Shown here one piece after another: positions 34,812 to 42,618 of a DNA stretch of 45,192 bases. A model generated the notes under the pieces. The model was not told the DNA's origin. It made no database searches and saw only the letters and a program-made list of their open reading frames with translations. The DNA is taken from contig DASWDP010000009.1 in NCBI GenBank assembly GCA_036395195.1, forward strand, positions 1 through 45,192, written 5' to 3'. Within the stretch, counting starts at the first letter, position 1. Every line of letters starts with the position of its first letter. The DNA comes from Gemmatimonadales bacterium. GTDB lineage: Bacteria; Gemmatimonadota; Gemmatimonadetes; Gemmatimonadales; GWC2-71-9. Both the position numbers and the translations under genes were made by a program.

Positions 34812-35735
34812 GTGCGCGTCGTCTTCTTCGGCACGCCCGGGTTCGCGGTCCCGTCGCTCGAAGCCCTGCTCGGCGAAGGGTTCGACGTGCTCGCCGCCGT
34901 CACCCAGCCCGACAAGCCGCAGGGCCGCTCCCGCTCCACCGCCGTCCCGCCGCCCGTCAAGGTGGCCGCCGCGGCGGAGGACGTGCCGGTGCTCCAGCCC
35001 GCCAGCCCGAATGACCCGCGGTTCCTCGAGCAGCTGCGCGCCCTCGCGCCCGACGTCGGCGTCGTGGTGGCGTACGGCCATATCCTCAAGCCCGAGCTGC
35101 TCGCGATCCCGCGGCGGGGCATGATCAACGTGCACCCCTCGCTCCTCCCCGATTTGCGCGGCGCCGCCCCGATCGAGTGGGCGATCATCAACGGTCTCGA
35201 GAAGACGGGCGTCACCATCATGCAGATGGACGCCGGCATGGACACGGGTCCGATCCTGCACCAACTGCCCCACCACATCGACCCGGAGGTCACGGCGGGC
35301 GAGCTGTCGGAGCATCTCGCCGAGATGGGCGCCCAGGCGCTGGTCGAGGCCCTGGCGCTGCTCGAGCAGGACGGGCTGAAGGCGCGGCCCCAGGACTCGA
35401 GCCGCGCCACGTACGCCCCCAAGCTCACGCGCGAGACCGCGCGGATTCGCTGGACCGATCCGGCCGACAAGATCGCGCGCGCGATCCGCGGGCTCGACCC
35501 GAAGCCGGGGGCGTGGACCGAGCTGGACGGCCGCGAGGTGAAGCTGTTCGACCCGCGCGTGGTGGAGGCCGACGGAGCACCGGGCGACATACGGACGACG
35601 GACAAAGAACTACGGATCACGACGGGGCGCGGAGCGGTGGCGGTGGACGAAGTCCAGCCCGCCGGAAAGTCGCGCATACCCGCCGCGGACTGGATCCGCG
35701 GACGCGGGGTGCGGGAGGGTCAGCGGTTCACGTGA
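34812..35735 (+). CDS. fmt: Methionyl-tRNA formyltransferase
   Basis: 307 aa, with its GTG directly after the def stop. Motifs are VVFFGTPGFAVPSL, NVHPSLLP and MQMD.GMDTGPI. Confidence 0.93.
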   Translation: MRVVFFGTPGFAVPSLEALLGEGFDVLAAVTQPDKPQGRSRSTAVPPPVKVAAAAEDVPVLQPASPNDPRFLEQLRALAPDVGVVVAYGHILKPELLAIPRRGMINVHPSLLPDLRGAAPIEWAIINGLEKTGVTIMQMDAGMDTGPILHQLPHHIDPEVTAGELSEHLAEMGAQALVEALALLEQDGLKARPQDSSRATYAPKLTRETARIRWTDPADKIARAIRGLDPKPGAWTELDGREVKLFDPRVVEADGAPGDIRTTDKELRITTGRGAVAVDEVQPAGKSRIPAADWIRGRGVREGQRFT

Positions 35736-36352
35736 GGCTACCGCTGCCGCGCCTGCACGCGATCACCGACGAGCGGATCGCCCGGCGGGCGGACCTGGAC
35801 GACGTCGCCCGCGAGCTCGCGGCGGGCGGCGGAGCCGAGATCGCCGTCCACGCGCGCGGCCGGTCGCTCACCGGTCTGGAGCACTACGAACTCGCTACCC
35901 GTCTATCCGCCTATCCGCCTACCCGTCTATTTGTCAACGACCGCCTGGACGTCGCCCTCGCCGCGGGCGCCGCGGGCGTGCAGCTCACCCACACGAGCCT
36001 CGATCCGGCCGACGCGCGGCGCCTCGACACGAACTGGTGGATCGGCATGTCGGTCCACGGGCTGCGCGAGGCGACGGCCGCACGAGACGCGGGCGCCGAC
36101 TATCTTTTGGTAGGCCCCATGTATCCCACCGCCACACACCCGCAGGGCGAGCCGCTGGGCGTGGCGGGGGGGGGGCTCGCGGCGATCGTCCGCCTGGGGC
36201 TCCCGGTGATCGCCATCGGGGGGGTGACGCCCGAGCGGGTGCCGGAGCTCAGGGCCGCCGGTGCGTACGGCGTGGCCGCCATCCGCGCCCTGTGGGACGC
36301 GGGCGACCCCGGTGCCGCCGCGCGGCGGATGGTGGGGGAGCTGGAGACATGA
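35732..36352 (+). CDS. thiE: Thiamine-phosphate synthase ThiE
   Basis: 206 aa from a GTG at 35732 (GTGA overlap with fmt). Motifs are LHAITD, LFVNDRLDVA, YLLVGPMYPT and IAIGGV. Confidence 0.88.
   Translation: MRLPLPRLHAITDERIARRADLDDVARELAAGGGAEIAVHARGRSLTGLEHYELATRLSAYPPTRLFVNDRLDVALAAGAAGVQLTHTSLDPADARRLDTNWWIGMSVHGLREATAARDAGADYLLVGPMYPTATHPQGEPLGVAGGGLAAIVRLGLPVIAIGGVTPERVPELRAAGAYGVAAIRALWDAGDPGAAARRMVGELET
35896..35935. repeat. Direct tandem 8-mer repeat (TAYCCGYC x4 plus TATTTGTC) inside thiE
   Basis: The units are TACCCGTC TATCCGCC TATCCGCC TACCCGTC TATTTGTC. ACCCGTCTA recurs exactly 24 nt apart, giving TRL...TRL in the protein. Confidence 0.85.
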
Positions 36353-36561
36353 CCGAAACGATCGACATCGTCGTGAACGGGGAGCGGCGCGCGGTGGTGC
36401 GCGGCGCCACGCTGCTCGAGCTGCTGCGTTCGCTCGAGCTCGACCCGCGCGCCGTGGTCGTGGAGCACAACCGCGCGATCGTGCGCCGCCCGCAGCTGGG
36501 CGACGTGACCGTCGGCCCGGGCGACGCGATCGAGCTGGTGCATTTCGTCGGAGGGGGTTGA
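36349..36561 (+). CDS. thiS: Sulfur carrier protein ThiS
   Basis: 70 aa with an ATGA overlap with thiE. The ubiquitin-like protein ends in the diglycine ...HFVGGG. Confidence 0.88.
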   Translation: MTETIDIVVNGERRAVVRGATLLELLRSLELDPRAVVVEHNRAIVRRPQLGDVTVGPGDAIELVHFVGGG

Positions 36562-36564
36562 AGG

Positions 36565-37362
36565 ATGACGACGGCCGTTGAGACGGTCCGCGACACGCCG
36601 TTCACTGTCGGCGGGCGCACGTTCCAGTCGCGCCTCATGATCGGGACCGGGAAGTACCGCGACAACGACACGATGGTCCGCGCCATCGAGGCCTCCGGTG
36701 CCGACATCGTGACGGTGGCGGTGCGGCGCGTGGACCTGGACCGCCGCAAAGAGTCCGGGATCCTGTACCATCTCGATCCGAAGAGGTACTTCCTGCTCGC
36801 CAACACGGCGGGCTGCCACACCGCGGACGACGCCGTGCGCTACGCGCGTCTCGCGCGCGAGGCGGGGTTCAACGAGTTCATCAAGCTTGAGGTGATCGGC
36901 GACGAAGAGACGCTGCTCCCCGACGTCCAGGGGTTGCTCGCGGCGGCGCAGACGCTCGTGCGGGAAGGCTTCAGGGTGCTCGCCTACACGAACGAGGACC
37001 TCGTGACCGCGTTGCGTCTCGAAGACGCCGGCTGCGCGGCGGTGATGCCGCTCGCGTCGCCCATCGGCAGCGGGCTGGGGCTCCTCAACCCCTACAGCGT
37101 GCGGACGATCAAGCACCGCCTGAAGGTGCCCGTGGTGGTGGACGCTGGGGTGGGCACCGCGTCCGATGCGTGCCTCACGCTGGAGCAGGGCGTGGACGGC
37201 ATCCTGATGAACACGGCGGTCGCCGCCGCGCGGGACCCCGTGGCCATGGCGCACGCGATGCGGCTCGCGGTCGAGGCCGGACGGGCCGCCTATCTCGCCG
37301 GCCGGATGCCGCGGCGCGAGGTGGCCGTCCCCTCCTCGCCGCTCGAAGGGATGCTGGATTAA
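36565..37362 (+). CDS. thiG: Thiazole synthase ThiG
   Basis: 265 aa. Motifs are FQSRLMIGTGKY, IKLEVIGD and VVVDAGVGT. Confidence 0.93.
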   Translation: MTTAVETVRDTPFTVGGRTFQSRLMIGTGKYRDNDTMVRAIEASGADIVTVAVRRVDLDRRKESGILYHLDPKRYFLLANTAGCHTADDAVRYARLAREAGFNEFIKLEVIGDEETLLPDVQGLLAAAQTLVREGFRVLAYTNEDLVTALRLEDAGCAAVMPLASPIGSGLGLLNPYSVRTIKHRLKVPVVVDAGVGTASDACLTLEQGVDGILMNTAVAAARDPVAMAHAMRLAVEAGRAAYLAGRMPRREVAVPSSPLEGMLD

Positions 37363-37390
37363 GGACGCGACCGCCGCCCGGCGCGCGGCA

Positions 37391-38650
37391 TTGCAGATCC
37401 TCCACGCGGTGCGCGACGGCGCCACGTTCCAGGCGGCGCGCGACCGCGTCCTCGGCGACCTGGCCGAGCGCGACCGCCGGCTCGCCTACGAGCTCGCCGC
37501 CGGCGTGCTGCGCCGGCAGGCGGAGCTCGACCGGGCGCTCGCGCTCCGTACCACCGACCCCCGACTCCACGATGTCCTGCGCCTCGGCGCCTACCAGCTG
37601 CGCGCGCTCACACGCGTTCCGGCGTACGCCGCCGTGTCCACGAGCGTCGCGCTCGCGCGGGAGACAGAGGGAGAGTCCGCGGCGCGGTTCGTCAACCAGG
37701 CGCTGCGGAAGCTGCAGCGGGGCTCGGGGATCGGGGCTCGGGATTCGGGCACTACTCACCCCCGCTGGCTCCTCGAGCGATGGCGTCGCCAGTTCGGGCT
37801 CGAGGGAACCGAAGGGCTCATCGCGTGGAACGACAGGAAATCGCCGCTCACCCTGCAACCCGTTCGCTGGAGCGCAGCCGAGCTCGGGGCCCGGCTCCAA
37901 GAGGCGGGCTTCGGTGTAACAGAAGCGCCGTTTGGGGCGGGGTTGCGTGTGAACCCGAGCCCCGAGTCCCGAGTCCCGAGCCCCTCGCAGCTGCCGGGCT
38001 TCGAGGAGGGCGCCTTCATCGTCCAGGACCCCGCCCACGCACTGGTATGCCGGTACGCCGCGGTGCCGCCGGGAGCCCTCGTGTACGACGCCTGCGCCGC
38101 CCCGGGCGGTAAGGCGGTGATGCTCGAGCGGCTCGGGGCCCGCGTGGTGGCCGGGGACACGCGGCGCGAGCGGCTCGCCCGGCTGGTCGCGACGGCGCGC
38201 CGCGCGGGAGTGGCGATTCGTGTCGCCCTCACCGATCTTCTGTCGGCGCCATTCGCGGCGGGCGCCCTGGACGCCGTCCTCGTCGACGCCCCGTGCTCGG
38301 CGACCGGCACTATGGCGCGGCATCCGGATGCCCGTTGGCGCGTGACGGCGCGAACGATCGCGCGGGCCGCCGAGCGGCAGCGCGCGCTGATCACTGCGGC
38401 CGCGCGGCTCGTCACGCGCGGCGGTCACCTAATCTACGCGACCTGCTCGCTCGAGCCCGAGGAGAACGGCGACATCGTGAACGAGTTCCTGGCGCGCCAT
38501 CCCGAGTTCGCCCGCGACCCCGCCCCTCCCCCCGAGGCCCCCGGCGCGGTGCCCGCGGAGCTGCTGACGGCGGAGGGCGACTTCCAGGCGCTGCCGCAGC
38601 GCCACGGGACGGGCGGCGCCTACGCGGCCCGCCTCGTGCGGAGCCGGTGA
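37391..38650 (+). CDS. rsmB: 16S rRNA (cytosine967-C5)-methyltransferase RsmB/Sun
   Basis: It has a NusB-like N-domain, then FIVQD, DACAAPGGK, DAPCSATG and ATCSLEPEEN. The true start is uncertain: the TTG at 37391 truncates the first conserved helix (see finding). Confidence 0.85.
   Translation: MQILHAVRDGATFQAARDRVLGDLAERDRRLAYELAAGVLRRQAELDRALALRTTDPRLHDVLRLGAYQLRALTRVPAYAAVSTSVALARETEGESAARFVNQALRKLQRGSGIGARDSGTTHPRWLLERWRRQFGLEGTEGLIAWNDRKSPLTLQPVRWSAAELGARLQEAGFGVTEAPFGAGLRVNPSPESRVPSPSQLPGFEEGAFIVQDPAHALVCRYAAVPPGALVYDACAAPGGKAVMLERLGARVVAGDTRRERLARLVATARRAGVAIRVALTDLLSAPFAAGALDAVLVDAPCSATGTMARHPDARWRVTARTIARAAERQRALITAAARLVTRGGHLIYATCSLEPEENGDIVNEFLARHPEFARDPAPPPEAPGAVPAELLTAEGDFQALPQRHGTGGAYAARLVRSR
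37719..37750. repeat. Heptamer repeat arm, GGGGCTC type, in frame inside rsmB
   Basis: The arm reads GGGGCTC GGGGATC GGGGCTC GGGATTC GGGC and encodes RGSGIGARDSG. Confidence 0.85.
37951..37984. repeat. Inverted heptamer repeat arm, GAGYCCC type, in frame inside rsmB, 200 nt from its partner
   Basis: The arm reads GAACCC GAGCCCC GAGTCCC GAGTCCC GAGCCCC and encodes NPSPESRVPSPS. It is the reverse complement of the units at 37719-37750 and 6053-6094. Confidence 0.85.
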
Positions 38651-39420
38651 TGCGGATTCGCCGGCACTACGCACCGCTCGCCGCGTGGCAGATCCCAGGA
38701 CTAGGGGGTCCGCACGACGCGCGGCGCTGGGGCTTCGCGCTCGGAGGGGCGGTGCTCGCCGGTTACCTCACGGCGTACCTCCTGCTCTTCCCGGCGCCGA
38801 TCCTCCGCGGGCACCAGGTCGTCCCGCGCGTGCTCGGGCTGACGCTGCAGGAAGCGGCGGCGCAGATCCGGGAGGGGGGCCTCGAAGTCCAGGACGGGGG
38901 CTCGGAAGCGCATCCCACGGCGCCGCAGGGGACGATCATCTGGCAGGACCCGCCGCCCGGGGTGAGCGCCCCGGCAGGGCTCCGGGTGACCCTGGTGTCG
39001 AGCGAGGGCCCGCCCAAGATTCCGGTACCGGACGTGGCGGGCCTCGACGGGGACCTGGCGGGGCGGCTGATCGCGGCGGCGGGGCTGACGGTGTCACAGG
39101 TGGAATCGGTGCAGGCCGCCGCGCCGCGCGGCATCGCCATGGTGACGCGGCCGCCCGCGACGAGCGTGCTCGCGCCCGGGGCGCCCGTGACCGTGGTGGT
39201 GAGCCGGGGTGCGCCGACCATCCCGGTGCCCGATCTGCTCGGGATGTCGCAGGCGGACGCCCGCACCCGGCTCGAGCTCGACGGCCTGGAGCTCGGCACG
39301 GTGACGCGGCGGCGCACGTCCGACGCGAACCCGGGCACGGTGGTGGCGCAGCGTCCCGGCGCCGGGACGCTCGCGGCGCCCGGCACCGTCGTGGACATCG
39401 TCGTGGCCCGGAGCCCATGA
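38650..39420 (+). CDS. Membrane-anchored PASTA-domain protein (three PASTA repeats, no kinase or PBP domain)
   Basis: 256 aa with an N-terminal TM segment (ALGGAVLAGYLTAYLLLF). Three ~65-aa repeats follow, each beginning VP(R/D)(V/L).G and containing a G..V motif. The start ATG overlaps the rsmB stop. Confidence 0.8.
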   Translation: MRIRRHYAPLAAWQIPGLGGPHDARRWGFALGGAVLAGYLTAYLLLFPAPILRGHQVVPRVLGLTLQEAAAQIREGGLEVQDGGSEAHPTAPQGTIIWQDPPPGVSAPAGLRVTLVSSEGPPKIPVPDVAGLDGDLAGRLIAAAGLTVSQVESVQAAAPRGIAMVTRPPATSVLAPGAPVTVVVSRGAPTIPVPDLLGMSQADARTRLELDGLELGTVTRRRTSDANPGTVVAQRPGAGTLAAPGTVVDIVVARSP

Positions 39421-40097
39421 TCAAGAACGGGGAAGGCATCCGCATCGCGCCCAGCGTCCTGTCGGCGGACCTGACGAAGCTCGGCGAGCAAGTGCGCCAA
39501 GTGCTGGCGGCGGGCGCGGACTGGCTGCACGTGGACGTGATGGACGGCCGCTTTGTGCCGAACCTCACCTTCGGGGCCAACATGATCGAAGCGCTGCGCA
39601 CGCTCACGGACAAGCCGATCGACGTGCACCTGATGGTGGTCGAGCCGGAGCGCTACCTCGAGCCGTTCGCGGCCGCGGGAGCGTCGGTGTTCACGTTCCA
39701 CCCCGAAGCGACGCTGCACGTCCAACGGCAGCTCGCCGCCGCCCGCCAGCGCGGGATGCTGGCCGGCCTCGCGCTCAACCCGGGCTCGCCGCTCGCGCTC
39801 GCCGAGGAAGTGGTGGCGGACGTGGACCTGCTGCTGATCATGACGGTGAACCCCGGCTTCGGTGGGCAGACGTACCTGCCCGCCTCGGACGACAAGATCC
39901 GGCGGGCGCGGCAGCTCCTGGCGGCGCGCGGCTCGCGCGCGTTCCTGGAGGTGGACGGCGGCATCACGCCACAGACCATCGCCGCGGCGCACGCCGCCGG
40001 CGCGGACACCTTCGTCGCCGGCAACGCGGTGTTCGCGAGCGCTGACCCCGCCCGCGAGGTGCAGGAGCTGCGGCGCCGGTGTCTGGTGACGGTATGA
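39417..40097 (+). CDS. rpe: Ribulose-phosphate 3-epimerase
   Basis: 226 aa with an ATGA overlap. Motifs are IAPSVLSAD, HVDVMDG.FVPN, MTVNPGFGGQ and EVDGG. Confidence 0.93.
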   Translation: MIKNGEGIRIAPSVLSADLTKLGEQVRQVLAAGADWLHVDVMDGRFVPNLTFGANMIEALRTLTDKPIDVHLMVVEPERYLEPFAAAGASVFTFHPEATLHVQRQLAAARQRGMLAGLALNPGSPLALAEEVVADVDLLLIMTVNPGFGGQTYLPASDDKIRRARQLLAARGSRAFLEVDGGITPQTIAAAHAAGADTFVAGNAVFASADPAREVQELRRRCLVTV

Positions 40098-40636
40098 GCC
40101 AGCGGTGGTCGGTCGCGATCGGCATCGTGACGGCGCTCGTGTTCGGCGCGGCGCTGGCGATCAAGATCCGGCCGCAGATGGATCTCATCGGCGTCGGCTC
40201 GCGGGCCCCGGAGTTCCGGGCCACGGACGTGCGCACCGGCCGCCCCGTCGCCCGCGCCGACTACCGCGGCAAGGTGGTCCTGCTGAACGTGTGGGCGACG
40301 TGGTGCCAGCCGTGCCGCGTCGAAATGCCGTCGATGGAGCGCCTGCACCACCGCCTGGGTGGGACCGACTTCAAGGTGGTCGCGGTGAGCATCGACGAGC
40401 AGGGCGATTCGGTGGTCATGGCGTTCGCCACGGAGCTCGGGCTCTCCTTCGACGTCCTGCACGATCAGGCCGGAACCATCAAGCAGACCTACCAGGCTAC
40501 GGGGGTGCCCGAGAGCTGGGTGATCGACCGGGACGGCGTGATCGTCAAGAAGATCATCGGCCCGTCGGAGTGGGACGGCCCGGTGCACGAAACCCTTATC
40601 CGGCGGCTGCTGGCGGAGCGTTCCGGTGGCGAGTAG
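40094..40636 (+). CDS. TlpA/ResA-family thiol:disulfide oxidoreductase (membrane-anchored thioredoxin fold)
   Basis: About 180 aa with an ATGA overlap with rpe. It has an N-terminal TM segment and the active site WATWCQPC. Confidence 0.85.
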   Translation: MSQRWSVAIGIVTALVFGAALAIKIRPQMDLIGVGSRAPEFRATDVRTGRPVARADYRGKVVLLNVWATWCQPCRVEMPSMERLHHRLGGTDFKVVAVSIDEQGDSVVMAFATELGLSFDVLHDQAGTIKQTYQATGVPESWVIDRDGVIVKKIIGPSEWDGPVHETLIRRLLAERSGGE

Positions 40637-41555
40637 CATCGGGCAGCTGGTCGTGCGCAACTGGCCGATCAAGCTCGCGGCCCTGTTCTTCGCGGTCATG
40701 CTGTACGTGGCGGTCGCGGCGCAACAGCCGCTGACACAGACCTTCCCCATGCGGCTGGCCATCGCGATCCCGCCCGGCCGGAGCGTCAAGCAGCAGCCGG
40801 CGGGAGTGACCGTCGTGGTCACCGGCAAGGGGACTGAGATCCTGAAGCTCCGCTCCTTTCCGCGCGTGATCCGCAAGGTCGTCCCGGACACCTTCTCCGC
40901 GTCGGTGTGGCACCTGCACCTGCAGCCATCCGACGTGGACGTGCCGAAGGGAACGGACGTGTTGGTCGCGGACATCGTCCCACGCGACATCGACGTCGTC
41001 ATGGACACGGCGGCCCGGAAGGACGTGAAGATCGTTCCCCTGGTGAAGGTCGAGGCCGAGTCCGGGTACGTGCTGCGGGGCATCTCGATCGTGCCGAGCG
41101 TGGCGCACCTGGTGGGGCCGGAAAAGAGCCTCGCGCGCATCGAGTCGGTCACGACGCTGCCGGCGGTCGTGTCGAGCGTCAACGGCCCGTTCTTCCGCAC
41201 CGTGCCGATCGACACGACTCCGCTCGGCCTCGTGCGCATCGCGCCGAAGGAGGTCCGGGTGGCCGGCGAGGTTGCGGCCATCATCGAGCGCTCGATCCCG
41301 GGCGTTCCGATCACGACCGCGGCCTCGGGCTTCACGGGCTTCCTGCTGTCGCCGGAGCGCGTGGTGGTGTCGGTGCGCGGGCCCGAGTCGAAGGTCAACG
41401 CCCTCACCAGGGACAGCCTGCGCGTCGTCGCCCACCTCGTCGGGAAGGCGGGGTCGGGGGGCTACGCGCGGCTCACCGTCACCGCGCCGCCGGGGATCGT
41501 CGCGCGCGTGGTGCCCGACTCCGTCGCGTTGAAGCGCAAGACCGGCCGTGGCTGA
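40626..41555 (+). CDS. YbbR-domain-containing protein (CdaR-like)
   Basis: 309 aa from a GTG start. The N-terminal anchor is NWPIKLAALFFAVMLYVAV, followed by repeated beta-rich YbbR-type modules. Confidence 0.65.
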   Translation: MASSIGQLVVRNWPIKLAALFFAVMLYVAVAAQQPLTQTFPMRLAIAIPPGRSVKQQPAGVTVVVTGKGTEILKLRSFPRVIRKVVPDTFSASVWHLHLQPSDVDVPKGTDVLVADIVPRDIDVVMDTAARKDVKIVPLVKVEAESGYVLRGISIVPSVAHLVGPEKSLARIESVTTLPAVVSSVNGPFFRTVPIDTTPLGLVRIAPKEVRVAGEVAAIIERSIPGVPITTAASGFTGFLLSPERVVVSVRGPESKVNALTRDSLRVVAHLVGKAGSGGYARLTVTAPPGIVARVVPDSVALKRKTGRG

Positions 41556-42618
41556 GGTCGTGCTGGGGATCGAGACGTCGTGCGACGAGACGTCCGCCGC
41601 CGTGCTCGTCGGCGAGCGCGCGCGCCCCGAGCTCGCGGGCCTCGTGATCCTGTCGCAGGACGTGCACCGGGTGTTCGGCGGCGTGGTGCCGGAGCTCGCG
41701 AGCCGCGCGCACCTCACCGCGCTGCCCGCGGTGGTGGACCGTGCGCTCGCCGAGGCGGGGCTCTCCTGGAGCGCGGTGGACGCGGTCGCCGTCACCCAGG
41801 GGCCCGGGCTCGTGGGCGCCCTGCTCGTCGGCGTCGTGTACGCGAAGGCGCTCGCCTACGCGGGCGGCCGGGAGCTGATCGGCGTGCACCACATGGAGGG
41901 ACACCTGTTCGCCCCGGCCGTCGAGGATCCCGAGCTCGCGCCCCCGTTCGTCGCGCTGCTCGTGTCGGGCGGGCACACGCTGCTGCTCGACGTCCCCGCC
42001 TGGGGCCGCTACCGGCTCCTGGGTCAGACGCGCGACGACGCCGCCGGCGAAGCGTTCGACAAGGTGGCGACGCTGCTCGGGCTCGGGTATCCCGGCGGGC
42101 CCGCGATCGAGCGCCTTGCCCGGGAGGGCGATCCGGCGCGCTTCAGCTTCCCGCGCCCGATGCGCGACGAGGGATTCGAGTTCTCGTTCTCCGGGCTCAA
42201 GACCGCGGTGCTGCGCGCCGTCCGCGCCAGCGACGATCTCGAGCGCGACCGGCCTCATCTCGCCCGCGCGTTCCAGGATGCCGTCCTCGACGTGCTCGTG
42301 ACCAAGCTGGAGCGCGCCGTGCGCGCCACCGGCTATCGCACCGCCGTGCTCGGCGGCGGCGTGGCGTGCAGCCGCACGCTCGCCGCCCTCGCCGCCGAGC
42401 GGCTGGCGGGGAAGGGGGGGGCGCTGGCGCGCGTCGCCGTCGCGAGCCCGCGGCTCAACGCCGACAACGCCGCGATGATCGCACGCGCCGGCTGGTACCG
42501 CCTCGGCCTCGGCGAACGGAGCGACTGGACGCTCGACGCGCGGGCCGACCTTCCGCTCCCAGGCCTCGAGCCACTGGTCATTCCGCAATCCGCAATCCAC
42601 AATCCGAAATCCCAATGA
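41548..42618 (+). CDS. tsaD: tRNA N6-adenosine threonylcarbamoyltransferase TsaD
   Basis: 356 aa. Motifs are VLGIETSCDETS, VTQGPGLVGALLVG, HHMEGH and GGGVACS. The last ~13 codons are encoded by a heptamer repeat. Confidence 0.92.
   Translation: MAEVVLGIETSCDETSAAVLVGERARPELAGLVILSQDVHRVFGGVVPELASRAHLTALPAVVDRALAEAGLSWSAVDAVAVTQGPGLVGALLVGVVYAKALAYAGGRELIGVHHMEGHLFAPAVEDPELAPPFVALLVSGGHTLLLDVPAWGRYRLLGQTRDDAAGEAFDKVATLLGLGYPGGPAIERLAREGDPARFSFPRPMRDEGFEFSFSGLKTAVLRAVRASDDLERDRPHLARAFQDAVLDVLVTKLERAVRATGYRTAVLGGGVACSRTLAALAAERLAGKGGALARVAVASPRLNADNAAMIARAGWYRLGLGERSDWTLDARADLPLPGLEPLVIPQSAIHNPKSQ
42580..42614. repeat. Half element (one arm only) of the AATCCGC heptamer type at the tsaD/lgt junction
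   Basis: The arm reads ATTCCGC AATCCGC AATCCAC AATCCGA AATCCCA and ends at the lgt ATG (42615). I see no GATTGCG-type partner arm nearby. Confidence 0.85.

Noticed and set aside
35591-35625. A period-7 ACGGAnn pattern in the fmt 3' region (ACGGACG ACGGACA AAGAACT ACGGATC ACGACGG), resembling the right arm of the element at 45082-45151.
   Set aside because: There are only four degenerate units and no inverted partner. The encoded residues (IRTTDKELRITTGRG) align with the normal Fmt C-terminal domain without extra length. It may be a chance pattern or a decayed arm, and it is not strong enough to call.
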